A stretch of 63,525 nucleotides of DNA, the filler included. It is 4 parts of 4 records of this genome, joined end to end, with 100 filler letters (N's around TTAATTAATTAA, not from the genome) between each part and the next. Parts side by side here need not be neighbours in the genome. Positions count along the whole stretch, not along the records: positions 15,797 to 34,983 come from SRR20825006_425; 3 more parts are not named here. One strand, given 5' to 3'. Below are positions 17,590 to 27,657 of this stretch, in pieces. The notes below the pieces were generated by a model, which did no database searches, was not told the origin of the DNA, and saw nothing but the letters and a program-made list of their open reading frames with translations. A program made the translations under genes and the position numbers. The stretch's first letter is position 1. The number at the start of each line of letters is the position of its first letter.

Positions 17590-18282
17590 ATGTTGTCCCT
17601 GCGCCTGCTTACCCTCACCCTCTGCACCCTGTTTCTCGCCGCCTGCGCCCGCAGCCCGGTAGTCCAGCTGTACGACGGCCCGGCCAAAGCCGACAGCCAG
17701 GTGCTCACCGTGAAGGTGCCCAGCGAAATTGAAGTGTTCACCATCAACGGCAAGGAAGTGGAAGGCGTGAACACCTTCTTCGCCACCGATTTCAAGGAAC
17801 TGAAACTGGCCCCCGGCCGCTATGAGATTCTCGCTTACTACAAGGAGCTGTGGCAGCTGGATGCGGACAACCATGAAATCGTGAAAAGTAACCCGGCCAA
17901 CTTCACTATCGAAGGCGCGCCTGGCGAGGAATGGCTGCTGGGGTTCAATACGCCACAGGACGTGGACGAGGCACGCGCCATGGAAGACAGCTTCTACGGT
18001 TGGGTGGAAAATACCAAAAACGGTGAACGCGTAGACGCGCAAAAGTCTGAGCTGATTCTTAATCGCGGCTTTCTGGCCCCCATCACCGGCGAAGAAGTCA
18101 CCACGGCCACATCCAATAACGTGGCGCCACAGGCAGGGACAGAGGCAACCACAACCGCTGCCAACGCAACAAAAGGTACTAGCGTAGCACCGGAAGCCAA
18201 CTACCTGGACACCCTGAAAGCCCAGTGGAAACAAGCCACCGCAGAAGAGCGCCGCGAGTTTTTACAATGGATTGCCAAGTAA
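17590..18282 (+). CDS. DUF2057 (YccT-like) lipoprotein
   Basis: AGGAG RBS before ATG 17590; lipobox LAAC; C-terminal LKAQWKQATAEERREFLQWI. Confidence 0.8.
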   Translation: MLSLRLLTLTLCTLFLAACARSPVVQLYDGPAKADSQVLTVKVPSEIEVFTINGKEVEGVNTFFATDFKELKLAPGRYEILAYYKELWQLDADNHEIVKSNPANFTIEGAPGEEWLLGFNTPQDVDEARAMEDSFYGWVENTKNGERVDAQKSELILNRGFLAPITGEEVTTATSNNVAPQAGTEATTTAANATKGTSVAPEANYLDTLKAQWKQATAEERREFLQWIAK

Positions 18283-18369
18283 ACCTGGCACCACAGGAGA
18301 AATGCTCGGCAGATAGCTATAGCTCGAGCCCCAACGGTTTACTGTTCTAGATAGACCCAACACCTGCAG

Positions 18370-19677
18370 CTACTCCCTGTGGCTGCAGGTGTTGTTCTTA
18401 CCAGCATTCATGCCCAGATCCAGGCAAACCCGGTGCCCACCAGCCACAACCTCGTTGCTGTAATGCCACTGCAGTCGTTCGGCAAGCTGAGCGGTTAACT
18501 GCATACCAAGACCGAACCCAAGGTCGCTTTCAACGTCATCTTCCCCAGCTTGATAATTATCAATATAAACACTCGCAGACTTCTGACGGATAACAACCCC
18601 CCCCGCCCAAGTATGCTGAAACGCATTCCTGATCAGGTTTCCAATCACAATCCTAGCTGCCGCAGACGGCAACGCCAACAATAGGGCTTCGGTATCCACA
18701 TTCACAGTCACCGCTTTATCTCGTAAAAGATAGCGATGCTCGTCTACCAAATCCCGGATTAGCTCATCCAACGCGACGGTATCGCATGGCAATTTTTCCG
18801 CTTTATCCCTGCTTAACCAAAGAAGGGTCTCCGTCAGATGTTTCATTGTGAGGCTCGCTCTATCGATCCGCTCAATGATTGACAGCAAGACACTGCCATC
18901 CGCCGGCAACTGTGCTTTAGGTAATGAATAAATCAACTCGGTACTATTGCGAATAACGCTGATGGGAGTACGTAATTCATGGCTGGTGTGTTTCAGGAAG
19001 CGGTGTTCACGCTCCAGATTACCTTCCAACGAAGACAGGCTGGAACGAACCAATTCCGCCAGCTCATTCAATTCTGGGTAGCGAAAGTCCGGAAGTGGGT
19101 CACGCAAGGATTGAGTATCCAGAGAGTGCGCCCAACGCCCCAACCTGGATACAGGCCTGCCTATTCTGCGGGCGGCCAAAAGCACAATTAGCGCAACAAA
19201 AAGCGCTGAGGCGGCGCTGATAACAATGAGACCATTCAGATTTTCACGAATGGTGTTGCTGACCAGGTCAGAAACATGTTTTCGGTAAATAACATGACTA
19301 ACAAAAAGAACGTCATTATCAACAGTAAAACGCATTGCAAAATACATTCTTTCCCGTTGGCCTTGTTCATCTTCTCTGTGATTTTTCCTCAATACCCCAT
19401 CCGCCTCGGGCGGATCAATAATAACCTGACGCACATCGCCAGGCTGCTCTTGCCAACTTGATGTCACAAAGAAGAAACGGCTTTCAAGCGAGGGCGAACC
19501 ACCATCATCCTGTGATCGATAGCCCTGCGCCGCTCTCTCCATGGAAGCCACCATGGCGCTGTCCATACCGAGCATTAGGTAATGCGCTGTCAGAAAAGAG
19601 TACCCCCCTACCATCAGCAGACCCAGACCGATAAACAAGGCAGAAATCTGCCATTTAAGCTTTATTTTCCTAATCAA
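18370..19677 (-). CDS. Sensor histidine kinase
   Basis: Two TM helices, HAMP-like linker, SHELRTPIS H-box, NLIRNAF N-box, GFGLG G2 box. Confidence 0.9.
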   Translation of the reverse strand: MIRKIKLKWQISALFIGLGLLMVGGYSFLTAHYLMLGMDSAMVASMERAAQGYRSQDDGGSPSLESRFFFVTSSWQEQPGDVRQVIIDPPEADGVLRKNHREDEQGQRERMYFAMRFTVDNDVLFVSHVIYRKHVSDLVSNTIRENLNGLIVISAASALFVALIVLLAARRIGRPVSRLGRWAHSLDTQSLRDPLPDFRYPELNELAELVRSSLSSLEGNLEREHRFLKHTSHELRTPISVIRNSTELIYSLPKAQLPADGSVLLSIIERIDRASLTMKHLTETLLWLSRDKAEKLPCDTVALDELIRDLVDEHRYLLRDKAVTVNVDTEALLLALPSAAARIVIGNLIRNAFQHTWAGGVVIRQKSASVYIDNYQAGEDDVESDLGFGLGMQLTAQLAERLQWHYSNEVVAGGHRVCLDLGMNAGKNNTCSHRE

Positions 19678-20347
19678 CCGACGGCTCCCTCAGCGCAAAA
19701 CCACGACCTGAAACCGTTTGTATCAGTGACGTTTCGAATTCCTTATCCACAATCTTGCGGAGGTTATGCATATGTACCTTAAGGCTATTGCTGTCCGGCA
19801 AATCATCACCCCAAACTGCTTCCTCCAGCTTATTTCGACTAACTGTTGCCGGCGACTCACGCATCAGTTTTTCTAGAAGCCGCCAAGCGATAGGAGACAA
19901 CTTTAAAAGAACGCCATCACGAGTGGCCCTCTGAGCTGAAATATCCATCTCAAGACCAGCCAATGAAAGGCGCTGAACCTGACCGCTTTTACGCTTGGCC
20001 AGGGAGCGGACTCGCACCAGCATTTCCTGCAATTCAAACGGCTTTACAAGATAATCATCAGTGCCCGATTCAAATCCATCGACCTTATCAGACAACTCAT
20101 CACGTGCAGTCAACATCAGGATACTGGTGTCATTCCCTTCTCTTCTGACTTCTCGGCAAACACTCAATCCATCCATCCTGGGAAGATTAAGATCCAGAAG
20201 AATAACGTCATAGTGGTTATTTCGAATTAATTGCAAACCACTCACTCCATTGCTTGCGTTATCGCAGCGAACACCATGGATATCAAGATACTGAACAATC
20301 GTCAGCGCCAAATCTTGATCATCTTCCACAAGCAACACATTGAGCAT
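19670..20347 (-). CDS. OmpR-family response regulator
   Basis: LLVEDD, LDLNLPRMDG, MLTARD, DDYLVKPF, winged helix IQTVSGRGF. Confidence 0.95.
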   Translation of the reverse strand: MLNVLLVEDDQDLALTIVQYLDIHGVRCDNASNGVSGLQLIRNNHYDVILLDLNLPRMDGLSVCREVRREGNDTSILMLTARDELSDKVDGFESGTDDYLVKPFELQEMLVRVRSLAKRKSGQVQRLSLAGLEMDISAQRATRDGVLLKLSPIAWRLLEKLMRESPATVSRNKLEEAVWGDDLPDSNSLKVHMHNLRKIVDKEFETSLIQTVSGRGFALREPSVD

Positions 20348-23300
20348 TAGACGCTCACCTCTCCATAGGATGGAAGCACCTTCCGCATACGCTTTAAATG
20401 GTCAACAATATCCATCTGAATCTGCAGAAGAGCAGGAATTAGTATCAATGTAATCAGTGTGGCAAAAAGAATACCGTATGCAAGTGAAACCGCAGCAGGA
20501 ATAAGGAACTGTGCCTGATGCGAAGTCTCTCCCAAAAGAGGGTACAAGCCCGCAAAGGTAGTTGCAGAGGTAAGAATAACCGCACGCATCCGGCTGGTTG
20601 CTGACTCTATTACCGCTCGCGCAGCCGAAACACCTTCTGCACGCAAATCATTATAACGTGACACCAATAACAAACTATCATTTACCACTACCCCGGACAG
20701 GGCGATGATTCCATTCAGCGACAAAATCCCCAGAGAAAGGTCATTCATCCAGTGTCCCAGAAGAGCACCAACAATCCCGAAGGGAATCGCCATCATAATA
20801 AGCAATGGTTGCACATAAGATTTAAGCGGAATGGCCAGCAACATATACATAAGCAAAAGCGCGACAAGGAAAACATTCACCATGGATGACTGGGTTTCCT
20901 GCTGCTGCTCAGCCTCACCGGCAAAATGAATGTCCACACCAGGAAAAGCGCTTTCCACTTCCGGGACTACGTCTCTCTTAAGCAAATCCACAAGTTCTGT
21001 TGCAGACATCATATCCTTGTTAACGTCGCTGGAAATATACGCAGCTCTCAGGCTGTCAATTCTAGTAATCGTGCCTCGCGTATACCCCATACTGACATCT
21101 GCAACACTGGACAGAGCCAACACTGACCCGTCCGGAGCTCGCACCCTTGATTGCAGAACATCCACAATGGACTCCCTGTCCTCCTCAGGAAATCGAACTT
21201 TAACTTCAATTTCATCTTTATTACGCTGATAACGCTGTGCTATCTGACCACTAAACCCCTGCATAACCTGCTGAGCCAGATCGTCGGTAGTCAGACCCAG
21301 CGCTTCGCCCTGAGCATTAAGCTCAAACTGTAATTGTGGCTGGCCAGGCGAAAGATTATCTTCTATTCCACTGACAGCAGGGATAAGTTCGAGCTTAGAC
21401 CGAAATAATTCACCGGCACCTGTTAAAAGATCGTCATTGTTCGCTCTAATTTCAACACGCAACGCATCAACGGTTTCACGTCGACTCTGAATACTCAAGG
21501 TTCGAGCACCCTCAGGATTGCCAGCGAACTTTGTCCACACCTTAACGAATTGATCCAGATTGTATGGCGCGTCATCAACAAGTTGAACTGTCACCGTTCC
21601 AGCCTGATCACCGGATGTCGTTATCTGTAAATGCTCAATGGCACTTAAACCCTGATCACTACGCAGATCACGATCAGCTTCTCTCGCTGCCGCCTCAAGA
21701 TGCAAAAGTGAGTTATGTGTCAACCCGTAGCTTGCATCATTTTGAAGCGTGACATTCGCTCGGGCCGTTTCTCCAGCTACATCCGGGAAGAAGCTTGTTC
21801 GTATCGCACCATCAAAAGGCATTGCAATAACCAGAACCAAGACAACCACAAAGAGCACAACCACGGTGTATCGAAACCGGACAACAACCTGCAATAAAGG
21901 GCTGTAAACCTTGCTCGCCAGGCCTTCCATAGCGCCAGACGCGAATGACTGGATACGGCTCCACAGACGGCCCAGTCGATACTTTGATCTTGTCGTCGCC
22001 GTTTTCAAATGTGCCAAGTGAGCAGGAAGAATAAGTTTTGACTCAATAATAGAAAGTATCAGACACAAGCTCACCACAGCGGCAAACTGGGCATAAAGCT
22101 TTCCAAGATTCCCCTCTATTTTTGATAGAGCAAAAAACGCAACAACCGTCGTTAACACACCAAACAAGGTTGGCATTGCAACCCTCAACGTCCCCCGAAT
22201 AGTGCTTTTCAGAGTATCACCTTCTTCACGACGAACTGTGTAAACACTCTCACCTACAACCACCGCATCATCTACCACAATCCCCAAAGCCATAATAAAG
22301 CCAAAGGTGGTAAATTCATTAAGGGTCAACCCGAGGAACGGCTCACCCATAAAATATAGAGTTCCAAAAAAAACAAATGGCAACCCCATTCCAACCCAGA
22401 ACGCCACCCGAAGATTCAAAAACAATGCCAGCAGTGAAAAAACCAGAATAATTCCAAAAATGGCATTATCAATAAGCAAATCTAGACGCTGATTGATCGA
22501 TGTGCTCCGATCGTACCAGGTGGAGATCTTCACAGAATCGGGCACACGAACTTCATCTCTCCACTGTTGCACCACCTCCCTGGCACCATTCACCGAGTCA
22601 GCAATATCATCTGTTCCCGTGGTAACGATCTGCAGCGCAATACTCTCTTCACCATCGAAGTGCGATAATGCTGAAGATGTATCATCAAAAGTATCTCGAA
22701 TTTTCGCCACATCACCCAGAAGAATCCGGTCACCATTAGATGTAACTAGCAGCGGTATTTCAGAAAATTCCTCTTTATAATAAGCCTGCTGTGATGCTTT
22801 CAGCTGCAAATAAAGGTTTGAATTACGCAACACCGCTGTCGACGCATTGCTCGATGTATCATTGATTGCCGATTCCACATCAGAAATCTCCAACCCATAG
22901 GCTTCAAGGCGGCCTTCGTCGATTTCAACGGCCATCATTGGGTCAAGCCACCCGGAAATGGAGACTCGGCTTACATCGTCATGGGCCAGAAGATCCGTTT
23001 TTAGATTATCCGCCAACGTCTGCAACGTTGTCCTATTGGCATCTCCATGTATCTGAATCCATAGAGAGTGCTCCTCTCTCTCTCCCTTACTAATCACCGG
23101 ATTATAAGCAGAAGCCGGAAAATTCGAGATAGCATCGACCTGGGTTTTCACATCACTCAGCAAAGCATCAAGGTCGTAGTCCGATGTCTTCTCTACGACA
23201 ACCGTAGCCCCAGTAGTGGTCGCGGTACTTGTAATGCTTTCGATACCAATAACACCTTCCAGAGCATCCTCTATTTTTATCACCAGCCCTTCTTCGGACT

Positions 23301-23499
23301 GTTTCGCTGAACCACTCTCATAGTCCACCGTAATGGTGATGGTGTCCGGCTCCGTGCTAGGAAAGGCTTCTTTCTGCAGAGTCCCCAGCGCCATTACGCC
23401 AAGCACAATAACCAACACCATCAGCAGGTTTGCCGCCACGGGGTTTCGAGCAAACCAAACGACAATACCTTTATCAGAAAATGAATCAGACATTATCAC
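20347..23499 (-). CDS. RND efflux permease (AcrB/AcrD/AcrF family)
   Basis: 1050 aa; NPVAANLLM, GIVVDDAVVVGE, GVVVNDS, RMRAVILTSATT. Confidence 0.95.
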   Translation of the reverse strand: MIMSDSFSDKGIVVWFARNPVAANLLMVLVIVLGVMALGTLQKEAFPSTEPDTITITVDYESGSAKQSEEGLVIKIEDALEGVIGIESITSTATTTGATVVVEKTSDYDLDALLSDVKTQVDAISNFPASAYNPVISKGEREEHSLWIQIHGDANRTTLQTLADNLKTDLLAHDDVSRVSISGWLDPMMAVEIDEGRLEAYGLEISDVESAINDTSSNASTAVLRNSNLYLQLKASQQAYYKEEFSEIPLLVTSNGDRILLGDVAKIRDTFDDTSSALSHFDGEESIALQIVTTGTDDIADSVNGAREVVQQWRDEVRVPDSVKISTWYDRSTSINQRLDLLIDNAIFGIILVFSLLALFLNLRVAFWVGMGLPFVFFGTLYFMGEPFLGLTLNEFTTFGFIMALGIVVDDAVVVGESVYTVRREEGDTLKSTIRGTLRVAMPTLFGVLTTVVAFFALSKIEGNLGKLYAQFAAVVSLCLILSIIESKLILPAHLAHLKTATTRSKYRLGRLWSRIQSFASGAMEGLASKVYSPLLQVVVRFRYTVVVLFVVVLVLVIAMPFDGAIRTSFFPDVAGETARANVTLQNDASYGLTHNSLLHLEAAAREADRDLRSDQGLSAIEHLQITTSGDQAGTVTVQLVDDAPYNLDQFVKVWTKFAGNPEGARTLSIQSRRETVDALRVEIRANNDDLLTGAGELFRSKLELIPAVSGIEDNLSPGQPQLQFELNAQGEALGLTTDDLAQQVMQGFSGQIAQRYQRNKDEIEVKVRFPEEDRESIVDVLQSRVRAPDGSVLALSSVADVSMGYTRGTITRIDSLRAAYISSDVNKDMMSATELVDLLKRDVVPEVESAFPGVDIHFAGEAEQQQETQSSMVNVFLVALLLMYMLLAIPLKSYVQPLLIMMAIPFGIVGALLGHWMNDLSLGILSLNGIIALSGVVVNDSLLLVSRYNDLRAEGVSAARAVIESATSRMRAVILTSATTFAGLYPLLGETSHQAQFLIPAAVSLAYGILFATLITLILIPALLQIQMDIVDHLKRMRKVLPSYGEVSV

Positions 23500-24661
23500 T
23501 TACCTCCATGGGCTTGACCGCCATACCCTGAAGGTAACTGCTCAAGGGTTGAACAATGACTTTTGTCGGACTACCAACCCGCTCTTTCGGGGGGAATATA
23601 TAAATATGGTCGCCACTGGAGAAAACAGGTTCGGCCGCAAAACTGGATAATGTACCCTCTTCACCCACGTACCATATCTCTCCTCTCTGACTCAGGGCTG
23701 TAGCAGGCAATTCCCAGAGCCCATCGATCTCCTTACCCGGCAGGCTAACCTGAACGAAGGTTCCAGGGTAAAGTGAAGATGAAAGATCAAAAGGCGTATC
23801 TACAGCGATTATCAAAGCGCGCTGGCGGCTGTTTGTGTCTACGTTCTTAATGCTCCGGGCAACGTATCCCTGCCATTGCTTTCCGCCTTCCACACTGATC
23901 AAGGTTGCAGGGTAACGTTCATCTTCAGTCATGAAGGTTAAATCCGGCAACTGCTCCCACTTGTCCATCGACAGGCTGACACTCACCTCGACTTTATCCG
24001 TACTCACCAGGCTGGCCACCTGACCACCAGCCTGAAGATAGCTACCGGGAGAAACATTACGTTCCGTGACCAGAGCATTGAAAGGTACCGTAATACGGGT
24101 TTGCTCAAGGTTATAGCGAGCAGCATCCACGGAGAATTGAGCTTCCTCCACAGCGGCCTTTGCCGACGCAAGCTGAGGCTTCCTCAACAGAAGATCAGAA
24201 TCGGGCTCACCATCCAATCCGGAAGCTCGCCATTCCAGCATCGCTTGCTCACCCTGACGCTCTTCTTCCAACAAAGTCACCTTTGCCTCGGCCAGCGCAC
24301 TTTTGGCAGACGCCAAAGCCTGTAGATAGGAGCTGTTCTCCAGCTCGACCAAAATCTCTCCTTTCTCAATTCGATTGCCAGCTTCAAAAGCGGCATCCAC
24401 GGCATGCACCCGACCACTAACCTGCGCATTGAGCGCCAATGTATAATGAGCCACCGCCTCTCCATAGCCCGTAACGGTCGCCGAATATCGCCCCGGACTT
24501 ACCTCCACCACCGTTACCGTGGTTGGCATGACTTGCTCTTCCGGACCTTTTAAAGGGCGCTGACCGAACGCTTGCGCCTTGTCATAAATATAAAATACTG
24601 CCGCCACCAACAGGAGCAGGGCGACAACCAGAGGCAGCACCCGCGTTACTTTTTGATTCAT
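23486..24661 (-). CDS. RND periplasmic adaptor (membrane fusion protein)
   Basis: N-terminal anchor, AQVSGRV lipoyl half, coiled-coil hairpin, ITVPFNALV, PGTFV. Confidence 0.93.
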   Translation of the reverse strand: MNQKVTRVLPLVVALLLLVAAVFYIYDKAQAFGQRPLKGPEEQVMPTTVTVVEVSPGRYSATVTGYGEAVAHYTLALNAQVSGRVHAVDAAFEAGNRIEKGEILVELENSSYLQALASAKSALAEAKVTLLEEERQGEQAMLEWRASGLDGEPDSDLLLRKPQLASAKAAVEEAQFSVDAARYNLEQTRITVPFNALVTERNVSPGSYLQAGGQVASLVSTDKVEVSVSLSMDKWEQLPDLTFMTEDERYPATLISVEGGKQWQGYVARSIKNVDTNSRQRALIIAVDTPFDLSSSLYPGTFVQVSLPGKEIDGLWELPATALSQRGEIWYVGEEGTLSSFAAEPVFSSGDHIYIFPPKERVGSPTKVIVQPLSSYLQGMAVKPMEVSDNV

Positions 24662-26019
24662 GGATTTACTCCCAGTCCTAGCGCAAGCCCCAGATCTATC
24701 CGGTTGGCCAATCGCAGATATTTGAGTTCATCAAGTTGCGCTTTCAGGTCGTAGGTATCCTGCTGGACAGACAGCAGGTCGAGAATATCGACCAGCCCGG
24801 AGCGATAACTTGATTGATAATGCGTAAGGGTGTCTTCCTGGCGATTCAGAGCATCTGAAATATGCTGCTCCCGAATGCCCAGTGATCGTTCCAGTCCAAT
24901 GGCATCCTCCACCTCTTGAACAGCCGTCAGCAGTGTTTCACGATAAGACTGGTACGCTTGAGCCGTGGTCAGCTCTGCCGCTTCTGCGGCAGCGCGCAAC
25001 TCCCCGCCACGAAAAAGCGGCATGGTGAGCTGCCCCAGAAGGGTCCAGATAGGGTCTTTCAGCAACGCCTCGGTAGGGGAATCCGCCACATCTTCCAGTG
25101 CCGCTTCCAGGCTGATGCTCGGCAACAAATCTTTGTATGCTGCACTGGATCGATAATCCGCCGCCTCCACTGCCTGGTAAGCAGCGATCAAATCCGGACG
25201 TCGATTCAGAGTTTGACTAGGCAGTTCAGCTAAAGGAGTAAGCACCGCCGGATAGCGCCCCGGCGCCTCACTGCCTGAACTCGGCACGTCACCCAGCAGA
25301 AGACGCAGGGCTCGTTCATTCTGGGCCAAGCTTTCGCGGTAATTTTCCAGTGTTGCTCGGGCGCTAAGTGTAGAACTACGAGCGCTATCCAAATCCTCCA
25401 GAGGCCCCAAACCATTTCGGTAGCGCTGCAGGATCAAGGTTTCATTGCTCTCCAGCGTCAACAACCGTTCCTGCTGAATCGCAATAGCATGCTGATCCGC
25501 AATCAAGCCGAGCCAGCTCCTCATTACATCTGCAGCGAGGGTATCCCGTGCCACCTGATAAAGAGCCAACTGCTGCTCTACATCCTTGCTGGCAGCGGAG
25601 CTCTCATCGGAAATTTTCTGCCACAGATCCAGCTCCCAGCTGACGGATATGGAACCGGTATAAATTTCATCCTCACTCTCCGCCTTACTGCCGGATAGCC
25701 CGGCATCCACATCCGGAAGACGGTCTGAACGGGCCTGCTGCCACTCTGCTTCCCTGATACGCAAGGTCAGCAAAGTCTGCTGCAAGCCGGGGTTGGCCTC
25801 TATCGCTTGCTGAACAAGACCTGAAAGGGTATCTGACTGGATTAAATCGGATAATGATGAAACCGAGCTGCCATCGGTCAGCGTGGACCAATCTGGAACC
25901 TCCTGGACCAACGAACCGGTTTGCGCAACATAATCATTGCTGCCTCGGCTAGTCGCACAGCCCGCCAGCACAAAGGCCAGCATCCCGACAAGCATGAAAT
26001 GAAAACAGCCCCTAACCAC
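24658..26019 (-). CDS. TolC/OprM-family outer-membrane efflux lipoprotein
   Basis: Lipobox LAGC; SWELDLW, RRPDL, AVQEVEDA, LALG motifs. Confidence 0.93.
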   Translation of the reverse strand: MVRGCFHFMLVGMLAFVLAGCATSRGSNDYVAQTGSLVQEVPDWSTLTDGSSVSSLSDLIQSDTLSGLVQQAIEANPGLQQTLLTLRIREAEWQQARSDRLPDVDAGLSGSKAESEDEIYTGSISVSWELDLWQKISDESSAASKDVEQQLALYQVARDTLAADVMRSWLGLIADQHAIAIQQERLLTLESNETLILQRYRNGLGPLEDLDSARSSTLSARATLENYRESLAQNERALRLLLGDVPSSGSEAPGRYPAVLTPLAELPSQTLNRRPDLIAAYQAVEAADYRSSAAYKDLLPSISLEAALEDVADSPTEALLKDPIWTLLGQLTMPLFRGGELRAAAEAAELTTAQAYQSYRETLLTAVQEVEDAIGLERSLGIREQHISDALNRQEDTLTHYQSSYRSGLVDILDLLSVQQDTYDLKAQLDELKYLRLANRIDLGLALGLGVNP

Positions 26020-26077
26020 AGTGGGATTCTCCTTGATGACGACGGTCTATCTACGCCATGAAAGATAATGAAGCCCA

Positions 26078-26094
26078 GGTTAAGACACGGTTAA
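26078..26094 (-). promoter_or_regulatory. Candidate OmpR-family (PmrA/QseB-like) direct-repeat box upstream of the efflux operon
   Basis: TTAACC-N5-TTAACC on the minus strand (11-bp period), about 60 bp upstream of the TolC start. Confidence 0.55.
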
Positions 26095-26122
26095 AACGGC
26101 TTTACTGCTCTCTCGTGCTGAC

Positions 26123-26542
26123 TTACTCCCCCTGAATGGTAGCCACCAAGCGCCTGGCACCACCGTGGTCGCGGTGCTCGCACAGATAAATGCCCTGCCA
26201 GGTGCCCAGCGCCAACCGACCATTGCTGATGGGCAGGCTCAGTGAAGGGCCAATCAGTACGCTCTTGATATGGGCAGGCATATCGTCCGGCCCCTCCAGC
26301 GTGTGCTCATAGTAAGGCGCGTTCTCCGGCACCATCACGTTCAGATGACGCTCCAGATCACCACGCACATCCGGGTCCGCATTCTCATTAATGGTAAGCG
26401 AAGCGGAGGTGTGCTGAATAAACAGATGAAGTAAACCAACCTGCAAGTCCGCCAGCTCGGGCAGACCGCGCAACACCTCTGCGGTAATAAGATGGCAACC
26501 CCTGTGCCTACCCGACAAGGTTAAGTTCCGTTGCAACCACAT
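26123..26542 (-). CDS. yjbQ: YjbQ family (UPF0047) protein
   Basis: [40 protein letters not shown]. Confidence 0.93.
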   Translation of the reverse strand: MWLQRNLTLSGRHRGCHLITAEVLRGLPELADLQVGLLHLFIQHTSASLTINENADPDVRGDLERHLNVMVPENAPYYEHTLEGPDDMPAHIKSVLIGPSLSLPISNGRLALGTWQGIYLCEHRDHGGARRLVATIQGE

Positions 26543-26560
26543 ATGCTTTCTACCTTTTAT

Positions 26561-27535
26561 TTATGAAGGTGCACCAAAGACCCTGTCATATAAGCCTGCC
26601 AATGCTTCATCCTCACACTGGCGGCAATAATCTTCCATGTACAGTTGCGTCTGGGCTCGGACCTTCATGAAATGCGCCTTGAAATAATCCTGCAAGGAAA
26701 ACGGCATTGCCACCGGGGCAACCATCAACCCTGCTTGATATAAAAACCGAGAGAGACTTTTCGACGTCCACCGCATGGCCCGTTGCTGAGCTGGCGCCTC
26801 CCGTTTAGCCAGGCAGCTCAACAACGCTTTTTGTGCCGCGACCAATTGCGTCAACAGTTGCCGGTCGCGACGCAGCTGAGCAAAGCGCCAATCACTGTCT
26901 TCCAACGCGCACAGGAATGTCATCAGCACTGCATTGGGTAACCGCGACGCCGATACCGCATCGTCGACTCTCTTGCTTGCGATACCCGCTTCTCGCAACA
27001 GCGCCTCCACCCCCATCACCCGCGCGCCGCCAGACAACGGCATTGCCGTGGGCGGTAGATAGAAGGCAACACGTATCGCCTCACCCGTCTGCAGGGGCGC
27101 CTCACCGGGAAGGGGATGATAATAACTGATCATATTGATCATCCCCTTCACCACGTTCTCTTCGCTCCAATACTCACCAAGCAATGCATAATCCGTTTCG
27201 CTGGGTTGCAGCATCAGCAAGGTGGCATCGGCTATCGCGTCTTTAACGATGCCAAACGGCAATGCACGCAACGCATCAGAGGATATCGCCAGAAACACAT
27301 AATCCCACTTCTCTTCTGCCACATGATTCCACTGCGACAACAGGGAAAAATCCGAGAAGTGACGGACCTCATCTTTTACCAGGCGGCGCTTTCTTATCAT
27401 CGAAACACCGGACTTCAGACCATTACATTGTTGCTCCTTAACGAAAAAAGTCACACGATGTCCGGCCATGGACAAATACTGCCCATATACCAGACCGACG
27501 GCTCCAGCGCCCACAATCAGGATATTCATTGTCAA
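26561..27535 (-). CDS. Ketopantoate-reductase-like (ApbA N-terminal) oxidoreductase
   Basis: NILIVGAGAVGLVYG Rossmann motif; divergent C-terminal half. Confidence 0.65.
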   Translation of the reverse strand: MTMNILIVGAGAVGLVYGQYLSMAGHRVTFFVKEQQCNGLKSGVSMIRKRRLVKDEVRHFSDFSLLSQWNHVAEEKWDYVFLAISSDALRALPFGIVKDAIADATLLMLQPSETDYALLGEYWSEENVVKGMINMISYYHPLPGEAPLQTGEAIRVAFYLPPTAMPLSGGARVMGVEALLREAGIASKRVDDAVSASRLPNAVLMTFLCALEDSDWRFAQLRRDRQLLTQLVAAQKALLSCLAKREAPAQQRAMRWTSKSLSRFLYQAGLMVAPVAMPFSLQDYFKAHFMKVRAQTQLYMEDYCRQCEDEALAGLYDRVFGAPS

Positions 27536-27657
27536 TCTCTACACAACAGCACGCCATTCGGCATTTGCCGTCCAGATTAGAGATTCCTTCGACCGTCGGA
27601 TACGGGACAAGCAGGCCAATAACAGCAGTACGATCGGCATAAACACAAGAAAGGTGA

